Assembly: GCA_963836185.1 (NCBI GenBank)
Contig: CAWIIQ010000003.1
Coordinates: 224,001-288,000, forward strand
DNA length: 64,000 nucleotides
Direction: 5' to 3'
From: Candidatus Krumholzibacteriia bacterium
GTDB lineage: Bacteria; Krumholzibacteriota; Krumholzibacteriia; Krumholzibacteriales; Krumholzibacteriaceae
Made by a program: the position numbers and the translations under genes. Below the pieces are notes generated by a model, which made no database searches, was not told where the DNA came from, and was given only the letters and a program-made list of their open reading frames with translations. Position 1 is the stretch's first letter, and each line of letters opens with the position of its first letter. Of this stretch, positions 10,373 to 21,759 are shown in pieces.

Positions 10373-11509
10373 TCAGCCGGAGCGCCCCATTGTTATGCCC
10401 AGAGCTTCGGCGGTCTTGACGAGCTGACCTTCGGGATCGACCCAGTTGATCTGCTTAATCGCCTGCTTGATCTCCTTGCTGACTATTTTGGTCCCCTTCA
10501 GGCAGACCATGTGGCCGTAGTATCCGAGGGCAATGTAATTGATCGCCTCGACACCGAATCTCGTCGCGAGGATCCGGTCGTAGGTGGTCGGGGTGCCGCC
10601 TCGCTGCATGTGACCGAGGACCGCGGTTCTGATCTCGGCCTTTGTGACCTCGCCGATCCTGGCGGCGACCCACTCTCCGATGCCACCAAGCCTTCCCGGG
10701 GAGCCCTCGTCCGGTTCCTTTTCGTAGATCTTCCCGCCGCCCTTCGGGAAAGCCCCCTCAGCGACGACCGCTATGCTGAACCTGCTGCCCGTCTTCTTCC
10801 TCTTTTTCAGATGAGCGATCACCGAGCCCATGTCGAACGGGATCTCGGGGATCAGTATGACGTCGGCCCCGCCTGCTACGCCCGCCTCCAGTGCTATCCA
10901 GCCGCTGTCGCGTCCCATCACTTCGAGTATCATGATCCTGTGATGACTCTCCGCGGTAGTGTGCAGCCTGTCGAGGGCCTCGGTGGCGACCGATACTGCG
11001 CTGTTGAAGCCGAAGGTCACCTCGGTCGCTTTCAGGTCGTTGTCGATCGTCTTGGGGACCCCCATCACAGGCACGCCTTTTTCGAAGAGAGCCTGGGTGA
11101 TCTTCATCGTGCCGTCGCCTCCGACCGAGATCAGGACGTCTATCTTGAGCTTCTTTATGTTTTTTACAATAGTGCCGGTGACGTCCTTGTATACGATGCC
11201 GTTCTTTCCCTCTACGGGGTAATGGAGCGGATTGCCCCTGTTTGAGGTTCCCAGTATGGTCCCTCCGCGCGCCTGGAGCCCGCGGACATCCCTCGAGGTG
11301 ATATTGCGGCTCTTTCCTTCGATGAGCCCGTCGAATCCATCGAGGATGCCGGTCACTTCCCAGCCGTGCAGGTTGACGGCGGCCCGGACCACGCCTCTTA
11401 TCACGGCGTTCAGGCCGGGACAGTCGCCGCCGCCGGTCAGAATCCCTATCTTCCTTATATCTTTCAGAGCGGGCATCTTCTGTGAGGATTTCCTTGTTTT
11501 TGGTGACAC
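10373..11509 (-). CDS. pfkA: 6-phosphofructokinase (group III/mixed-substrate type)
   Basis: TGGGDCPGLNA, GGTILGTS, GGDGT, PKTIDND, EVMGR, LGHMQRGG. Confidence 0.93.
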   Translation of the reverse strand: MSPKTRKSSQKMPALKDIRKIGILTGGGDCPGLNAVIRGVVRAAVNLHGWEVTGILDGFDGLIEGKSRNITSRDVRGLQARGGTILGTSNRGNPLHYPVEGKNGIVYKDVTGTIVKNIKKLKIDVLISVGGDGTMKITQALFEKGVPVMGVPKTIDNDLKATEVTFGFNSAVSVATEALDRLHTTAESHHRIMILEVMGRDSGWIALEAGVAGGADVILIPEIPFDMGSVIAHLKKRKKTGSRFSIAVVAEGAFPKGGGKIYEKEPDEGSPGRLGGIGEWVAARIGEVTKAEIRTAVLGHMQRGGTPTTYDRILATRFGVEAINYIALGYYGHMVCLKGTKIVSKEIKQAIKQINWVDPEGQLVKTAEALGITMGRSG

Positions 11510-11643
11510 GTCAGGTCCTTTCTGCGTCGGATCGTTTCTGCCAGCATATACGGTAACGGGATTCCCGCAGTGAGGCGATTTTACACCAACGCCTCTTCTC
11601 TCTCAAGGACAAGAAAAAGGTCCCTTCTGCAAGTCCGGTACCC

Positions 11644-11672
11644 TTGACTGATACAGGCTAATCTGTTATCTT
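11644..11672 (+). promoter_or_regulatory. Putative sigma70 promoter of YHS gene
   Basis: TTGACT-N17-TATCTT with TGn extension. Confidence 0.55.
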
Positions 11673-11709
11673 CGCCGTGCCTGAACAATGTGAACTGGAG
11701 GTATGCAAG

Positions 11710-11979
11710 ATGAAAAAACTACTAGTGATCTGTCTTGCGCTTGTCATTTTTGCTTCGGTGGGATGCGGCAACAAGCCTGACAGCGCCAGGGAATCGTCCG
11801 AGACGGATACCGAAACCGCGAGACTGGTCCATATCTGTGACCCGGTAGACGGAAGCGAGCTAAATCCGGGTATCGATTCGAAGTACATGTACGTCTACAA
11901 GGACACCGAGTACCACTTCAACAGCAAGGACAACTACGAAGCCTTCAAGAAGGACCCCGAGAAGTATGTGTCACAGTGA
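11710..11979 (+). CDS. YHS-domain lipoprotein
   Basis: Lipobox SVGC; DPV..., YKDTEYHFNS..., FKKDPEKY. Confidence 0.75.
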   Translation: MKKLLVICLALVIFASVGCGNKPDSARESSETDTETARLVHICDPVDGSELNPGIDSKYMYVYKDTEYHFNSKDNYEAFKKDPEKYVSQ

Positions 11980-12042
11980 TCGAGGCGGGTGCTTCCATGA
12001 AGTAATTCGTGTTCTGACAAGTCCCTGAATGGAATTCATCCA

Positions 12043-12070
12043 CGGCCCCCTTCGCGGGGGCCGTTTTTTT
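12043..12070 (+). terminator. Rho-independent terminator
   Basis: cggccccc-ttcgc-gggggccg followed by T7. Confidence 0.9.
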
Positions 12071-12087
12071 ATCCCCCCTCTTCCTCG

Positions 12088-12126
12088 TCGTTCTCCATCG
12101 TTCCTTGTCGTTCCCTTACGTTCCTT
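12088..12126. repeat. Four CGTTC motifs with exact 10-bp period
   Basis: CGTTC at 12089, 12099, 12109, 12119. Confidence 0.7.
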
Positions 12127-12232
12127 CATTTCTTAATTGCCGCTGAAATAGTCAGTTAGGTCCATGATGCCCTGGGAATCCTTTTAGGGTGTTACCCCTG
12201 TTTTGCCCTCCAGGCCGCTTGAAACGGCCCGG

Positions 12233-12250
12233 TTCGGCATATCCCTTGCG
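12233..12250 (+). promoter_or_regulatory. Putative sigma54 (-24/-12) promoter of DUF11 operon
   Basis: ttcGGCAtatcccTTGCg: GG-N10-GC, resembles TGGCAC-N5-TTGC. Confidence 0.6.
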
Positions 12251-12393
12251 CAATGGCCCGATCGTAGGAGTTTTCCGTGACCGCCGTCCAGGCGGAACAC
12301 GGATCTTGAAATCAGACCTCCATAGACGAGATGTCCGTGCATCACCGCGTGCGAACTCCATTCGGACTGGAGGAAAACAAGGAGGACAGCCAG

Positions 12394-12885
12394 ATGAGAA
12401 GGAGTCTTTCCGTAGCGATCCTTCTTCTCTTCGCAGCCGTCTCCGCAGGCGCCGCCTTTGCCCAGGGCCCCGAGCTCAAGGGTGAGATGGCAGCCGCGAA
12501 GATCGTTGTCGATGAGGAAAAGGGAGAGATCGCTCTGCCCGCCGAGCAGGTCTACCCGAACGATATGGTCGAGTATACGCTGAAGTATACGAACTCCGGC
12601 ACCGCTACGGCGGCCGGTGTCGACCTGATCGGGCCCGTTCCGGTCGGAACGGTCTACATCGAGAAAACAGCAACCGACATCCCCGGACTCAAACCCATGT
12701 ACAGCATCGACCAGGGCAAGACCTGGCATGAAGCGCCGGTAATAGTCGAAGTCGCCCGCAAGGACGGGACGGTCGAGAAGAAGAAGGCCGACCCGGAGTT
12801 GATCACTCATGTCAAGTGGTCGATGGCGGAGAACCTCGATGTCGGGGAAGAGATCATGGTCAGCTACCGCGTCCATGTGAAGTAG
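12394..12885 (+). CDS. Small secreted single, C-terminally incomplete DUF11-like domain protein
   Basis: Signal peptide (AFA-Q), PNDMVEYTLKYTN, YSIDQGKTW, ends VKW..LDVGE..VSYRVHVK. Confidence 0.8.
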   Translation: MRRSLSVAILLLFAAVSAGAAFAQGPELKGEMAAAKIVVDEEKGEIALPAEQVYPNDMVEYTLKYTNSGTATAAGVDLIGPVPVGTVYIEKTATDIPGLKPMYSIDQGKTWHEAPVIVEVARKDGTVEKKKADPELITHVKWSMAENLDVGEEIMVSYRVHVK

Positions 12886-12987
12886 GCCGCAGAGGCTTCA
12901 GAAGTTTCGTTTTTCAAGTTCCCCGCGAGGGGATAGTTCCGTTTGAGGATGCTCTCCGTACGGAGGGCGGAAGGATGGTGATCAGGC

Positions 12988-15676
12988 ATGACTTTCAGAA
13001 AGTCAGCTGGGCTCCTGGTGCTCCTGGCGATAGCGCTTGTCGTATCGTCGGCTGCCAACGCCCAGACGCCTGCCGGAACATTGATTCAGAACCAGGCTTC
13101 GGCCACGTTCCAGGATCTCTCCGGCAACACTTACACGGCGACCTCTAATCAGGTCACCACGATCGTACTCCCGGTATACGGGGTATCAGTCCTTCCGGAT
13201 GGTACCGTGGCTGCCCCGGGTATGGTCGGAACCTCGATACCCGGACAGACGGTATACTACAGCTACAACCTCACCAACACGGGTAATGACCCTGAAGATT
13301 TCACGATCGTACCTATTATCGACGCGGCCACGACGATGACGCTCGGGCTGGGCGATATAGACATCTACCATGATGTCAATGGTAACGGCGTGCTCGATGG
13401 CGGCGAGCCCGTTATCTCGGCTGGCGGCGTGGCGGGCAATACCGGCCTCGTTGCCGCCGGTACGACGATTCAGCTTCTTGTCGAGTATCAGGTCCCCGCG
13501 CTGGCTGCCGCCGGCGAGGTCGCCTATGTCGGCATGACGGCTACATCGGTCACCGACATCACCCAGGTAGATACGGGAAACATCCACCAGACAGACGTAG
13601 TGAGCGATGCTTCGCTGACCGCGACGATGTCCGGCCTTCCGGCCAGCCTCGATCCCGGCGACATCGCGACCTACACGATCACCGGACAGAATGTCGGTAA
13701 CGACATCGCCAACGGCGTCACCGTAGCTTCGGTAGGCCTGACCGGCGTTCTCGTATATGACATCCTCCCGACCGATCCTTCGACCGGTAACCCGCTGGCT
13801 CTCTCCGGCGCTCCTGCCGGCGCTCCCGCGGGCGGCACGGTACTGTACCTGCCTGCCGGAAGCCCGACAGTCGGTAACCCCGAGACGTGGGCATGGTCGA
13901 CCTCCGCCGCTGCCGGCGACATAGCGGTTGCTTATGTCACCAACGGCGGCCTGACGATCGGCATGAACTACAACTTCACCTATGACGTGACCGTTCCTCT
14001 GACGATGCCTGCCGGTATCATCAACAACTTCGGCGATGTCGCCTACGTGGACAACAACGCCGGCACGGCCGATCCGACGATCGTCACGACAAACAACACG
14101 CAGATCGATGTGAACGTCCTTGCCGACGTCCTCGTCGGTCCGAACGGCGTCCCCGATGCTGGAACGCCTCCTGCGTATAACGACGATTCACAGGCTGTCG
14201 CGAACGCCTACGCGAACGAGACGGTCGACTTTATCAATACTGTAAGGAACGACGGCAACGCCGCGGACGTTATCAATATCGTCCTCGATGCCGGCGCTTC
14301 GACATTCCCTCCGGGATACGGCATCCAGTTCTTCCGTATTGACGGTGTCACTCCTCTGAGCAATACCGGCGCGGACGCGATCCCCGATGTCGGCAACATC
14401 AACCCCGGCGCGACGCAGGACTTCATCGTCCGAGTCACCATACCGGGTAACGCCGTTGCTGGCGGCCCCTACCTGGCCGTAATCAACGCCGTTTCAGAGA
14501 ATGTCCCGGCCGAGCTCAACGTCACCACCGACGAGATCACCGCGGTCAACCCCGCGTCGGTCGATATCGGCAACTATGACGGACTGGTCGGAACCGACAA
14601 CAACCCGCTTAACATCGATACCGATCCGGGCCTGTCGGTCGACTTCGCTCTCGACGTGATCAACACAGGTGGCTCGAGCGACAACTTCGATCTGTCCGCG
14701 ACCATCCCGGCCGCCTGGACAGTTACTTTCTATCTCGATGCCAACGGTAACGGCATTCTCGACAACCCCGAGCTCACCCCGATCGCGAATGTCGGGCCGG
14801 TAGCCGCGGGCGGCGAGGTCAATGTTATCGCGCGCGTCGATGTTCCCGCCGGCGAGGTTCCCGGCGTGAACGCTACGACATTCAGAGCCGCTTCGGCTCT
14901 CAACGCAGGCATCTTCGACGAGATCGCCAACACTGTGACCGTGCTCGGCGCGGCCGCCGTGACGATCACGCCCGACAGAAACGGTACCGGTACCGCTAAC
15001 GGAACGATCCGTTACCAGCATACCGTGACCAACACGGGTAACGTCGACGATACCTTCATGCTCAGCGCGCTCAGCTCGAACGCGTGGAGCTACGCCTTCT
15101 TCGATCTGGCCAACAACCCGATCCCTTCGGTCACCCTTGTTGCCGGCGCCACCCAGGACATTATCGTCCAGGTGTCGATCCCCGGAGGCGTGGCTGTTGG
15201 AACGATCGAGACCGGCACGATCACAGTTACCGGTAACGGTACAGGCGCCACCGATTCGGCTGTCGACGTCACGACGATCGTCGCCGGAAACCTCGTACTC
15301 GCGAAGTTCGTCAATCCTGTGGGCAATCAGCTTCCCGGAACGGAACTGACCTACCGCACGGACTACTCGAACGTGGGTGTGGCGGACCTGACAAGCATAG
15401 TCATCTATGACGCGATCCCTGCCTGGACCCAGTTCAGGGTCGGCTCGGAGTCCGACGGCACACTGGCTCCCGGGATCACAGCGATGACGATTGAGTTCTC
15501 CAGATGACGGCGGCGCGACGTGGGTATACGTGCCTGTCGAGCGGCGGCAGGCGGAGCCCCCGCGGGCTTCGACGCCACTCGTGACCAACGTACGGTGGAC
15601 CCTCACCGGTACGCTGGCCGGCGGCGACAGCACTGTCGACGGCGTCTCCCTCATAGTGAGGATCATCGCGGAGTAG
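12988..15676 (+). CDS. Secreted DUF11/Ig-repeat protein, putative major fimbrial subunit (frameshifts about 15500-15580)
   Basis: Signal peptide (ANA-Q), TPAGTLIQNQA, repeated xxNTGNxxD Ig domains, DxNGNG loops; C-terminus continues EFSDDGGATW...TNVRWTLTG...LIVRIIAE*. Confidence 0.85.
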
Positions 15677-15690
15677 CAGTACGCAAAAAT

Positions 15691-15777
15691 AAGGCGGGAG
15701 GGGCCGCAAGGCCCCTTACGCCTTACAGTTAAATGACGTATTCAGAGGCAGGTCCCCATGGCGGGGCCGCCTCTGAA
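15691..15777 (+). terminator. Two tandem hairpins after the putative major subunit gene
   Basis: aaggcg..aggggcc-gcaa-ggcccct..cgcctt and ttcagaggc...gcctctgaa; no U tract. Confidence 0.6.
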
Positions 15778-15891
15778 TCAGTAAAAGGGGAAAAGGCGGA
15801 AAGACGGAAGGCACAAACGCAGCAACTGCAATAAACAGAGAGAGTTATGAAGTAAGGCACATACAGGAAAGTTAACCGGCGAGGCGGCGCC

Positions 15892-18800
15892 GTGAAGAGA
15901 AGGAATTACATCACTGATTTTTCCACCGGGTCCACCGGCAGGGGGATACTCCTGTGCGCGCTGGTCCTGGCCGCCATTTTTGCGCTTTCCTCGCCCGCAT
16001 TCTCCCAGATCCCCCCGGCCGGCACGGTAATATCGAGCCGGTCGTCCGCATCGTACGTCGACAACGGCAATCAGCTCACGATCCTCTCCAACGAAACAGC
16101 GTTCAGCGTTCTGCCGATGTTCGGGCCCCTTCTGACGCCTGACGGCACTTCCGCCGCGCCTGCCGCCACACGGACGGCGTTCAGCGGGGAGACGGTCTAC
16201 TACCCGTTCACACTGACCAACACGGGAAACGCCGACGATACGTTCGGATTGGCAACGGTCCTGGCGGCGCCATCCGATTTCGTTCCCTCGGCCACGGCGG
16301 TCTATCTCGATGGAAACGGTGACGGAGACGTCGACCCCGGCGAACAGGAGATCACAGAGGCCGGACCGCTCGCTTTCGGGGAGACGGTGCAGCTCGTCAT
16401 GTCCGCCACCCTTCCTTCCGGCCTGACCGGGGGAGAGATCGCGCACATGGATCTCGAGGCGAGATCGCTCGGCGACACATCGCAGGTCGATCGCGGGAAT
16501 GTCGTACGCGTCACGGCACGCGACGAGGCGAGAGTGGAACTTGCGCTCGAATCGGATGTCTCATCCGTCATGCCCGGCGGATTTGTGACATACACGATGC
16601 GGTACGTAAACACCGGTGAACGGACCGCGACCGGTGTCTCGATCACCAGCATGATCGACACCCTTGGATTTATCGATGGAACAGAATACCTGGCAGGAAG
16701 CGCGTCCGCCGTGCCCGCCGGACTGATCGAATATTTTGACGGCGAGACGTCGGCCTGGATCGATGTCGCCCCGCCGGAGAACAGGGTAAAGGGCGCCCGC
16801 CTGCGCCTCGATACCCTCGCCCCCGGAGAGGCGGGATCCTTCTCACTGACCGTCCGCGTCGACGACGATCATGCCCGCGGCAATATCGTGAACACGGCCA
16901 CGGCCGGATTCACGGGAGGCGACGGGTTGCCCTACCAGCTTCTTTCCAACGAAGTGACGGTCCTCGTCGGCATGATAAGCGAGGTCTGGCTTGGACCGCT
17001 CGGGGATCCGCTCGCGACGCCCGGGTCGGATGACGACAGGGTCGTGATCTCACTCGGCGCCGCGGATTCGGTCTGCGTCTTCAGGCATGAGATCCTCAAC
17101 GCCGGTAATTTCGCCGACACCTTCAGCCTCGTGCTTTCCGACTCGGTGATGATCCCGTCCGGCTGGCAGGTCGAGTTCCTCGGTCCCGGCGACGTGGTCC
17201 TTCCATCCCTTTCGGCGTGGTCCGCGAGGCTCGGTCCGATCGAGATCGGAGGAACCAGGGAAGTCGCGGTAAGGATATCGGCCAGCGCCGAGATACTCCG
17301 CAGCTTCACGGGCCGGGAATTCGCTTTCGATGTCGATGCGAGATCGCTTGTCGACGATGCGGCGCGTGACGAGGTGCGGAACGTGCTCGTCAAGGGGGAC
17401 ATGCCTCTGCTGTCGGTCAAGCAGTCGATCCGCGAGCCGAACGCGATGATCGGCGACGTCGTCAGTTTCATCATCACTGTCGAGAATATGACCGAAGAGA
17501 CGGTCATCGACAGTGTCAAGCTCGTCGAGAACTTCCCCTCAGGGCTGAAATTCTCCAAGGGGTACGAGCAGCCCGTCATCGAGAACAACAAGCTGATATT
17601 CGATCTCGGGCAGCTTCTGCCTGGAGCGAAGAGAGACATCGTCATCAGGGCGACAGTCGCGGCGGGGCAGGAGAAAGACGAGCTCGTAACGACCGCCTAC
17701 GTCTACGGCTCGACGCAGTACGGCGAGGCCGCTGAAGACGGTCCTGCCTACGCGTCCGTCAGGCTCTACGAGGGAGAGTTCACCAGGCGCGGGATCGTGA
17801 TGGGAAGCGTCTTCATCGACCGTGACGGAGACGGGATTCGCGGTCGGGAAGAAGAGGGTGTCCGCGGGGCGGCCGTCTTCTACGAGAAGGGCACATACGC
17901 AGTAACTGACTCGAGCGGGCTCTGGTCGATACCGGGCGTCGAGGAGGGAAGGCACGTCTTCCGTGTCGATCCCAAGTCGCTGCCCGATTCGCTTGTGCCC
18001 GGTCCGGCTGGACATTTCGGAATGGGTATCGCGGGGCAGTATCTGATCGATCTCGCCCCGTCGGGCAACCGCCGTGTTGATTTCCCTCTGCAGGTGACCG
18101 AGGTCGCTTCGGACGGGGACGCTTTCGCCGCCATTGAAAGCGACAGCGCGGCGGTTACCCGACAGGGCTCCGTCGGTACCGAGACCGCTGCGGCATCAAC
18201 ATCACCGGAGAGCAACGGCGCGAGCGATGACGCGGTGTCCGGGCCGGCGGGGCCGGAGAGTTCAGCCGATACGTCAGGTACGTATGATGCCCTTAACCTT
18301 CCGGGAACACTCTTCGCCGCGGGAAGCTCCGTGATGGAGGAGATCCCGCTGCGCGAGGTGGCGGCCCTGAGTCTCTGGGTGCGCGAGCATCCCGGCTGGA
18401 AGATTGAGATCGCGGGACACTCGGACAGCACGCCGATCAGGACGGCGGATTATCCGTCCAACTTCGAGCTTTCACTCGCCAGGGCGCGGAGCGTATACCA
18501 GCTCCTGCGGATGAACGGGATCCCTGAGGGCGTGATGGACTACACCGGATACGGCGCGAGGTTCCCCATCGCGAGCAACGACACGGCCGATGGAAGGGCG
18601 AAGAACAGGCGAGTCGAGATACGCGCCCTGCCGCCTGAGGGTTACGCGGGAGTCGATCCCGACATTCCTGCCGCGCTCGCGATGCCCGACACGACGGCGC
18701 CGAAGGAGTTCCAGCTCGCAGACGACGCAGGCCTCTGCGCCGAGATCGTCAAGCCGGCCGAGGGAACGATCTTCACTGAGAGGGACGGGATCGACATCGA

Positions 18801-21730
18801 AGTCGTCGCTCCTCTCGTCTCTACGGTGGAGCTCTACGTTAACAATATCCCTGTCGGCAGGGAGAAGATCGGGCAGAAGCAGATCGACATCGGCGAAGGC
18901 ACGCTCGGATTCATATTCTACGGTGTCAAGATCTCTCCGGGACTGAACAATATCCTCGTCGTCTGCCGATCACAGGGTGAGAAGAATGTCTGCGTCCGCC
19001 ACGTATATCTCGCCGGCAAACCCTCCCTGGTCGTTGCCGAGCACAGGGATGTAGAGGTGCCGGCGGACGGCAGATCGAAACCCGGGCTCGTGTTCCTCGT
19101 CAGCGACGAGCACGGCCTGCCCGCCAGGGACGGACTGTTCCTCACCGTGTCGGGCCCCGGCGACCTGATCGACAAGCTCGACGTCAATCCTCAGGTAAGG
19201 GGCGTACAGGTAGCCACGAAAGACGGCCGCGTCTCGGTCGATCTGCCGCCCTCCGATTATTCGCGCAGGGAGAAGATAGCCGTTACGCTTGAGGATCTCA
19301 CCGCCGAGAGCCGCCTCGAGTATGTCTCGCCGATGCGCGACTGGTTCCTCTTCGGATTCGGCGAGGGGGACGTCGGATACAGCAGCCTGACGGGGACCGG
19401 TTCTACACACAGGACATACGAGCGGTATCCCGACGGTTTCTATGCCGAGGGCAAGCTCGCCTTTTACGGCCAGGGCGAAGTAAGCACGGGCCATCTCCTG
19501 ACGATGGCGATCGATACGAGGCCGATAGTCGAGGATAAGCTCCTTGACCGGATCGAACCGGAAAAATACTACCCGATATACGGCGACGCCAGTGAACTGA
19601 GATTCAACTCGTACTCGAAATATGGTACCTACGCGAGACTCGAGCACCGCAGCTACAACGCGATGATCGGGGACTACAAGACAGAGTTCGGCACGATGGA
19701 GTTCACCAGATACGACAGGACCTTCTCCGGATTCAGGGGATGGGGGCGTCGCGGCCGGTTCGATGTCGCCGGGTTCATGTCTTACAGCGACCAGATCACC
19801 GTCCAGGACGAACTGCGGGCGAACGGGACTAGCGGATTCTACTTCCTCCACAGGTATCCGCTTCTCGAGAACAGCGAGAAGATCAGGATAGAGGTCCGTG
19901 ACAGGTACCAGCCGGAGAAGATCGTCCGCGTCGACTATTACAGCATCAACAAGGATTACGACATCAATTACCTGGACGGCTCGATACTGTTCAAAAAGCC
20001 GATCCTCGCCTTCGACGAGAACTTCAACCCGAGGCATATCGTCGTGACATACGAGTGCCGCTCGGCCGATGACAACAATGTCATCGCCGGTATCCGGCCG
20101 ACCATCGAACTGGCCGACTCGCTGATGATGGGAGTCACGGCGGTCATCCAGGACGAGGGCGAACACAATTACTCGCTTGTCGGCGTCGATCTTGCCGGGC
20201 ACCTGTACAAGGATCTGTTCATCGAGAGCGAATACGCGCACAGCGAGAAGTTCATCGTCGGAAGCGGAGACGCCTTCAGGTTCAAGCTTATGGGACGGCA
20301 CGACCGGATGCTTCGCTGGAGCGCCTACTACCGTGATATCGACGAGAGCTTCTTCAATCCCTCATTCTCCGGAGGAAAGACAGAGCTGGGCAGCAGGAAG
20401 ATCGGCGGCGGACCTCGACTGGAGGATCGGACGCGGATGGTCGCTGATCTCGAACGGATTCGGACACAGGTACGCACAGCGAAACGAGAAGAAAAGTTAC
20501 ATCGACGTAAAAGGAAACTATCGCTCCGGCGCGCTCGATGGATCCTTCGGCCTGGCGCACGCGACGTTCAGCGATTCGAGGGACGGCTCCTCCGCTTCAG
20601 GGCTTCTCGTCGCGGCAGGAGGGTACGGCAGCGAGAATACGAAGGCCGAACTGCAGCTCGACAAGAACGTCACCGGCGATGAAGTGCCCGATTATCCCGA
20701 CCGGATACAGGCGAAGCTGACACAGAAGATATGGAGATGGCTCAACGGTGTCCTCTCATACGAATACAGGTCGGGTAGCCGCTCCGGCTCGAGGCATCTT
20801 ACTCAGCTCGGTATCGAGTCGAGCATAACAGAGAATCTCAGCGCCTACTCACGCTACCGGATGGAAGGCGCGATGAGCGGTGAGCGCTCGCAGGCGATGA
20901 TCGGGATGAAGAACAGGTTCAGGCTCTCCCCCGGGCTGACATCGACCCTCTCGGTCGAGAAGCTCGCTACGGTAAGCGGGACTGATCTCGAAGACTTCAC
21001 GGCGTTTGTGACAGAGTGGCTCTTTACGCCGCCGGGTAAGGATTACAAGTTAAGCGGCGGGTACGAGATCAGACTCGACAGGCAGAGGACGAAGCATCTC
21101 GTAGGATTCGCGGCACTCAAACGCCTCAGCGAGACCTGGGCGGGTCTCATCAAGGTCGATGCCTGGCTGTCCGATGAAAAAGAGGGGATGAACCAGTCGA
21201 AGAGCTCGGGAAGGCTCGGCTTCTCGTACAGGCCGGCATACAAGCCACTGACTGTTCTTTCGATGATAAAGGGTGTTTATGAGAAGAACAGCCCCGCTCA
21301 TCCGTTCGGGGTAGACAAGGCCCTTACCGTGATGACCGAGGCGAACTATCACCTCAACGACAGGTGGGAGATCGAGGGCAAGGTCGTCGGCCGGTGGGTC
21401 GAGAACACCTTCAGGCTGCTTACGGTCAGCTCATCTTCGTACATGTACCAGGCCCAGCTGATCAGGATGTTCGGCAAGGCCTGGGACGTAAGCGTCGCCG
21501 GGCGCGTCGTGCAGCAGATAGAGACGGGCACCCTGAGATACGGCGGCGGGATCCAGGCCGGCAGGATGATCCGCGAGAATGTCTGGGTCGGCGCCGGGTA
21601 CGATTTCGGCGGTCACAGGGACGAAGACACCGAACTGAACGAATTCACGCAGAACGGGTTCCATATAGGCGTCAAACTGAAATTCGACGAGAAGCTGCTC
21701 GGCTATTTCAACGGCAGCTCGGGAGATTGA
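15892..21730 (+). CDS. About 1945-aa DUF11 + SdrD-B-like + OmpA + outer-membrane beta-barrel protein (frameshift about 20410)
   Basis: Signal peptide; pilin-like N-terminus; GSVFIDRDGDG..GE.GV SdrD-B motif; OmpA GHSD...NFELSLARA...NRRVEI; ORF 20177..21730 supplies amphipathic strands ending GVKLKFDE. Confidence 0.85.
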
Positions 21731-21759
21731 GATAGAGAACACGGAGCACTGAAAAAGAA

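Noticed and set aside
12260-12390. c-di-GMP riboswitch in the operon leader
   Set aside because: No GEMM-like consensus recognised by eye; an Infernal scan would settle it
15495-15585. Programmed frameshift or phase variation in the major subunit
   Set aside because: No homopolymer or slippery tract; same indel pattern occurs window-wide
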